Assembly: GCA_019358935.1 (NCBI GenBank)
Contig: JAHHIK010000057.1
Span: 1-54,783 of the forward strand
From: Tolypothrix carrinoi HA7290-LM1
Lineage (GTDB): Bacteria; Cyanobacteriota; Cyanobacteriia; Cyanobacteriales; Nostocaceae
Direction: 5' to 3'
Length of the DNA: 54,783 nt
Positions within the stretch are counted from its first letter, which is position 1; each line of letters starts with the position of its first letter. The position numbers and the translations under genes were made by a program. Below are positions 50,056 to 54,783 of the stretch, one piece after another. The notes beneath the pieces were generated by a model. That model was given only the letters and a program-made list of their open reading frames with translations. It did not search any database and had not been told where the DNA came from.

Positions 50056-53000
50056 ATGAATAATAGGCGATCTTCTAAAAAATCTCAATCCAAGCTTGAT
50101 GGGGAGCAGCAAGACAACTCAAATGTATTCCCGATTGTGGGGATTGGAGCGTCTGCGGGTGGATTGGAAGCATTTACGCAATTGCTAAATTATCTGCCGA
50201 GTGATACCGGCATGGGATTTGTGCTGGTACAGCACTTAGCCCCAGATCATAAAAGTTTGTTGAAGGAGATTCTTTCGAGAGCAACCCAGATGACGGTGCA
50301 TGAAGTGGTTGATAATACAACCGTAGAACCGAACCAGCTTTATGTAATTCCGCCGAATAAGCAGATGACTATTTCTCAGGGGGTGCTGAAACTGATGCCC
50401 CGTGAGAAAATTCGCGGACTAGCGATGACGGTTGATACATTCTTTCTTTCTTTAGCTGAGGATCAAGGTAACAAAGCGATCGCTGTTGTTCTTTCTGGGG
50501 GTGATTCTGATGGGGCACTGGGAGCAAAAGCAATCAAAGCGGCTGGGGGGATTACCTTTGCTCAGTGTCAAGACACGGCACAAGTTAGCAGTATGCCGAA
50601 CACTGCTGTCGCCACCGGACATGTAGACTTTATTTTACCACCGCAAGTGATCGCCCAAGAACTAGCAAAAATCAGCCAGCATCCCTACATCGCCGATTCT
50701 GCTTCAGTAAACCTCGTTGAAGAACCAGAACCAATTGAAGGCGAGAATGCCTTACAAACCATCTTTGTATTGCTGCGGGCTGCTACAGGAGTTGACTTTA
50801 CTTATTACAAACACACTACCTTGAAGCGGCGAATTCTCCGCCGGATGGTGCTATATCAGATAGAACGATTGCAGGATTACGTCAAGTTTCTCCAAAACCA
50901 TCCGGCTGAAGTGCTGGCTTTGTACGAAGATGTTTTGATTAACGTCACCAGTTTTATGCGTGACCCTGAAGCCTTTGAAGCTTTAAAAAGTAAAGTATTT
51001 CCGATAATTACCAAAGATAAATCAGCAGCAATACCGATCCGCATTTGGGTGGCAGGTTGTGCAACCGGGGAAGAAGCTTATTCTATCGCCATTTGCTTGT
51101 TGGAATTTTTAGAGACGCAGCCAATTAAGCCGCCGATTCAGATTTATGCTACAGACATCAGTGAGAGTGCGATCGAAAAAGCTAGGGTTGGCATCTATAA
51201 ACACAGCCAGATGCAAGATCTCTCACCAGAACGTCTGCGACGCTTTTTTGTCCGGCAAGACGATGGCTACCAAATTAGTAAGCCGGTGCGCGAACTGTGT
51301 GTCTTTGCCAAACAAAATTTGTGCGCTGATCCGCCATTTTCCAAGCTCGATTTGATCACCTGTCGCAATGTAATGATTTATTTTGGGGCGACTTTGCAGA
51401 AGAAGATTCTGCCAATCTTCCATTATGGTCTGAAGTCAACCGGATTTCTGATGTTAGGAACTTCGGAAACCGTGGGGGAATTTTTAGACTTGTTTTCGCT
51501 GGTTGATAAAAAGTACAAAATTTATGCCCGAAAGTTGACCCAGGCTCGCTTGCCCATAGATATAGTAAGCAACAACTATCCCTTAAACTTAGGAAATCTT
51601 AATCCACAAGTCAACGAAGAGACTTTTACCGATCTTGATTTGCAGAAACAAGCAGACCAGATCGTTTTGAATCGCTTTGCGCCGGCGGGTGTAATTACAA
51701 ACTACGATTTGGAGATTCTGCAATTTCGGGGACAGACCAGCTTTTATCTGGAACCTGCCCCAGGCAGGGCAAGTTTGAATTTGCTGAAAATGGTTCGAGA
51801 AGACTTGCGGCTAGAAATCCGCACGGCAATTCAGCAAGCAAAAAAGCATGACTTGCCAGTGAAAAAAAAGGACTTGCAAATCTGGGAGAACCAGCAGCCA
51901 CGGCAGATTAGTATTAATGTTATTCCCTTCAGAGCGCGCACCTCAGAAGAACGCTACTTTTTAATTTTGTTTGAGGATGCTCCTGCGACATCTGAGTTAG
52001 GAGAAACTAAAAGCGAAAAAACTACGCAAAGAAAGCAAACAACTGACAAGGAAATTGCTCGGCTGCAACAAGAACTAACGGTTACTAAAGAGCATCTGCA
52101 AGCGATTATTGAGGAGCAGGAAGCCTCTAATCAAGATTTGAGAGCTGCCAACGAGGAAATTCTCTCCAGCAATGAGGAATTGCAAAGCACCAATGAGGAG
52201 TTGGAAACTGCCAAAGAAGAAATTCAAGCAGCAAATGAAGAATTAAATACCCTTAACGACGAACTGTTTCGGCGCAATATCGAATCGAACCAAGTCAGCA
52301 ACGATTTGCAGAATTTGCTCAGTAGTACGAACATTCCGATTGTCATGCTGGGAGCCGATCTCCGCATTCGCCGCTTTACTCCTTTAGCACAACAAATTTT
52401 GAACTTGATTCCCACCGATGTGGGGCGACCTTTAGGTGATATTAATCTTAATCTCAACGTGCCAGATTTAGAGCAAGAGATTTTGGATGTGATTAATAAC
52501 CTCAGCCCCAAAGAGCAGGAAGTGCAAGACAACAAAGGGCATTGGTATGATTTGCGAATCCGTCCCTACCGAACGATAGACAATAAAATTGATGGTGCGG
52601 TGGTGATATTGGTGGATATTGACGCGCTCAAACGCAGTGCAACGCAGCTGGCACAATCGCGCAATTATGCAGAAGCGATTGTAGATACGCTGCGGGAACC
52701 CTTGGTGGTGCTGGATACCAGCTTACAAGTCATCAGCGCGAATCAAGCTTTCTATGAGTTGTTCCAAGTTCAAGCAGGGCAAATAGAACAGCGTTTACGG
52801 ATTTTTGAATTAGGGAATGGACAATTGAACATTCCCCAATTGCGATCGCTTCTGGAAGATATTGTTCCTAGCAATAATCAGCTAGAGGATTTTCAAAACT
52901 TAGAGCTTGAGTATGAGTTTGAGCATGGACGCAAAACTTTGCAGGTTAATGCCCGCAAAATGTCTCAAGCAGGCGATCGCGACTTGATTCTTTTAGCGAT

Positions 53001-54285
53001 CGCTGACATCACGCAGCAAAAACAGTTGCTGCGTGAACGCGCTCAACTTTTATCTCAAGAACAGTCAGCGCGAGCTGCCGCTGAGACAGCTAACCGCATT
53101 AAGGATGAGTTTTTATCGATTCTCTCGCACGAACTGAGAAATCCCCTTAATTCTTTAGTAGGATGGGCACAGTTGCTCCGCAAGCAAAAACTTGACAAAA
53201 ACAAGCTTGCTCGCGGGCTTGAGGCAATTGAAAACAGTGCCAAATTACAAACTCAACTGATTGAGGATTTGTTGGATATTTCCCGCATTACATCAGGTAA
53301 GATGCCCTTGGATGCGCGGATGATACAGCTTGTCCCGGTAATTAACGCAGCAATCGAAGTCGTCCGCACCTCAGCAGACAGCAAACAAATTCAAATTGTA
53401 CCCAGGCTTGATGCTTCCTCCCAACAAATATTTGGCGATCCCATCCGCATACAGCAAGTCGTCTGGAATTTACTTTCTAACTCGATTAAATTCACTCCCG
53501 CACGAGGACGAGTTGAAATTACATTAGAGTATATTGATTCAATGGCTGAAATTCAAGTCAGCGACACGGGTAAGGGCATCAGTGCTGACTTTTTACCTTA
53601 TGTTTTCGATCGCTTCCGGCAAGCAGATAGTACGCTCACCCGACAAAATTCTGGACTCGGACTCGGACTGACGATTGTCCGTCACTTAGTTGAAGCTCAC
53701 GGTGGCACAGTTGAGGCTGAAAGTTTGGGTGAAAAACAAGGAGCGACATTTACCGTCAGGCTGCCGCTGCAAGCCCAAATTGAAGATGCGGTGTCACCAG
53801 ACGCGATCGACATAGAAGTGTTAGTTGAAGATATCCCATCCATAGCAGGTGTGCGAGTCTTAATTGTCGATGATGCGGCAGATGTGCGTGAGATATTCAC
53901 CGCAGTGCTGCAAGACAATCAAGCCACAGTCACAACAGTTGCTACAGCAAGTGAAGCGATCGCCACTTTAACAGCAAATCCATCAGAATATGATGTGTTG
54001 TTATCTGACATCAGTATGCCAGGGGAAGACGGCTACACATTAATTCGCCGAATCAGACAACTAAGTGCTTCATCTGGGGGACAAATTCCCGCAGCAGCGC
54101 TGACAGCACATGCGAGAGACGAGGATCGAGCAGAGGCTTTAGCCGCCGGCTTTCAAATGCATCTTACCAAACCTGTACCTCCCAATCAACTAGCGCTTGC
54201 AGTCGCAACTTTAGCCGGACGAATTCGCGGTAATGGGGAGAGGGGGGGAGAGGGGGAGGGGGAGAGGGGGGGAGGGGGAGAATAA
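50056..54285 (+). CDS. CheB-CheR-PAS-histidine kinase-receiver hybrid
   Basis: GASAGG and QH (CheB), WVAGCATGEEAYS and CRNV (CheR), NEELQSTNEEL coiled coil, SHELRNPL, DTGKG and GLGLGL, C-terminal REC. Confidence 0.95.
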   Translation: MNNRRSSKKSQSKLDGEQQDNSNVFPIVGIGASAGGLEAFTQLLNYLPSDTGMGFVLVQHLAPDHKSLLKEILSRATQMTVHEVVDNTTVEPNQLYVIPPNKQMTISQGVLKLMPREKIRGLAMTVDTFFLSLAEDQGNKAIAVVLSGGDSDGALGAKAIKAAGGITFAQCQDTAQVSSMPNTAVATGHVDFILPPQVIAQELAKISQHPYIADSASVNLVEEPEPIEGENALQTIFVLLRAATGVDFTYYKHTTLKRRILRRMVLYQIERLQDYVKFLQNHPAEVLALYEDVLINVTSFMRDPEAFEALKSKVFPIITKDKSAAIPIRIWVAGCATGEEAYSIAICLLEFLETQPIKPPIQIYATDISESAIEKARVGIYKHSQMQDLSPERLRRFFVRQDDGYQISKPVRELCVFAKQNLCADPPFSKLDLITCRNVMIYFGATLQKKILPIFHYGLKSTGFLMLGTSETVGEFLDLFSLVDKKYKIYARKLTQARLPIDIVSNNYPLNLGNLNPQVNEETFTDLDLQKQADQIVLNRFAPAGVITNYDLEILQFRGQTSFYLEPAPGRASLNLLKMVREDLRLEIRTAIQQAKKHDLPVKKKDLQIWENQQPRQISINVIPFRARTSEERYFLILFEDAPATSELGETKSEKTTQRKQTTDKEIARLQQELTVTKEHLQAIIEEQEASNQDLRAANEEILSSNEELQSTNEELETAKEEIQAANEELNTLNDELFRRNIESNQVSNDLQNLLSSTNIPIVMLGADLRIRRFTPLAQQILNLIPTDVGRPLGDINLNLNVPDLEQEILDVINNLSPKEQEVQDNKGHWYDLRIRPYRTIDNKIDGAVVILVDIDALKRSATQLAQSRNYAEAIVDTLREPLVVLDTSLQVISANQAFYELFQVQAGQIEQRLRIFELGNGQLNIPQLRSLLEDIVPSNNQLEDFQNLELEYEFEHGRKTLQVNARKMSQAGDRDLILLAIADITQQKQLLRERAQLLSQEQSARAAAETANRIKDEFLSILSHELRNPLNSLVGWAQLLRKQKLDKNKLARGLEAIENSAKLQTQLIEDLLDISRITSGKMPLDARMIQLVPVINAAIEVVRTSADSKQIQIVPRLDASSQQIFGDPIRIQQVVWNLLSNSIKFTPARGRVEITLEYIDSMAEIQVSDTGKGISADFLPYVFDRFRQADSTLTRQNSGLGLGLTIVRHLVEAHGGTVEAESLGEKQGATFTVRLPLQAQIEDAVSPDAIDIEVLVEDIPSIAGVRVLIVDDAADVREIFTAVLQDNQATVTTVATASEAIATLTANPSEYDVLLSDISMPGEDGYTLIRRIRQLSASSGGQIPAAALTAHARDEDRAEALAAGFQMHLTKPVPPNQLALAVATLAGRIRGNGERGGEGEGERGGGGE

Positions 54286-54362
54286 GTTGCACTCAAGAGC
54301 GTTAAGTAAAGCGGGCGATCGCATTTTCTAATCTTTGAAATTGGCGATCGTATTATATTTGG

Positions 54363-54571
54363 CAGAGCGACGTTATCTTATAACAGAGCGACGTTATCTT
54401 ATAACGGACCGATGTTATAGCATAACGGACCGATGTTATCTTATAACGGACCGATGTTATCTTATAACGGACCGATGTTATCTTATAACGGACCGATGTT
54501 ATCTTATAACGGACCGATGTTATAGCATAACGGACCGATGTTATGCCAATACAGAGCGATGTTATGCTAAC
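54363..54571. repeat. 21-bp tandem array (about 10 units)
   Basis: ATAACGGACCGATGTTATCTT units. Confidence 0.95.
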
Positions 54572-54589
54572 AGTCGCAGGTACATACAA

Positions 54590-54661
54590 ATGAGTCCAGA
54601 ACAAGAGTTATTAGCAAAATGGCGTTCCCTTCCCCAGGAAAAACAAAAGGAAGTTTTGTAA
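54590..54661 (+). pseudogene. 5' fragment of a DUF2281-like protein truncated by IS insertion
   Basis: MSPEQELLAKWRSLPQEKQKEVL, with the stop provided by the IS end. Confidence 0.7.
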
Positions 54662-54783
54662 GGATTCAGGTCAGGGGTATTGACAAGTGTGACATCTCAG
54701 GCGGAATATCACAATTATGGAAAAAGACCTGCCTGTGAAACTAGACCGTGAAACGCTTCTCCAGTTGGCTCCGGAAGAACTGG
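54658..54783 (+). mobile_element. IS66-family element left end and start of its transposase (ATG 54717), partial
   Basis: GTAAG terminus, TTGACA, ORF start MEKDLPVKLDRETLLQLAPEEL resembling cyanobacterial IS66 transposases. Confidence 0.65.

Noticed and set aside
50056..54285. CheB/CheR hybrid kinase as a novel system
   Set aside because: Well-known orphan architecture, with no unusual feature other than the repeat-derived tail.
54363..54571. Possible CRISPR array (also considered for 10727-11039 and 25036-25426)
   Set aside because: Units are contiguous 21-mers with no unique spacers, and there are no cas genes in the window.

Overview
Chromosomal segment of a filamentous heterocyst-forming cyanobacterium (Nostocales-like: abundant HIP1 GCGATCGC, heptamer STRR arrays, psbB-psbT-rps1). 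It is bounded by mobile elements at both ends: an IS200/IS605-type left end interrupting a hemerythrin-like gene, and an IS66-type end interrupting a DUF2281-like gene. Core genes are txlA, a five-gene branched-chain/neutral amino acid ABC operon, rps1, psbT, psbB, peptide ABC genes, argH, tsaB, ycf34, a CCA-adding-type nucleotidyltransferase, a Mg-chelatase H-family gene and a CheB/CheR hybrid kinase. Accessory genes include a caspase-nSTAND-pentapeptide protein with a divergent Trypco1-like gene, a CHAT-ATPase paired with a membrane-repeat ATPase, and several toxin-antitoxin loci whose toxins are broken or missing. The most unusual observations are three. (1) A cold-shock protein almost identical to enterobacterial CspC but fused to a Sec-type signal peptide, lying between two copies of txlA. 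(2) A 757-bp IS605 derivative with no tnpA or tnpB that keeps both ends, an unannotated ribbon-helix-helix gene, a promoter, a pseudoknotted structured non-coding region and an omegaRNA-like 3' end. (3) Self-nesting 45-bp elements with covarying stems, plus three unrelated 21-bp tandem arrays that each abut HIP1 sites. All family assignments are from motif recognition only; no searches were run.
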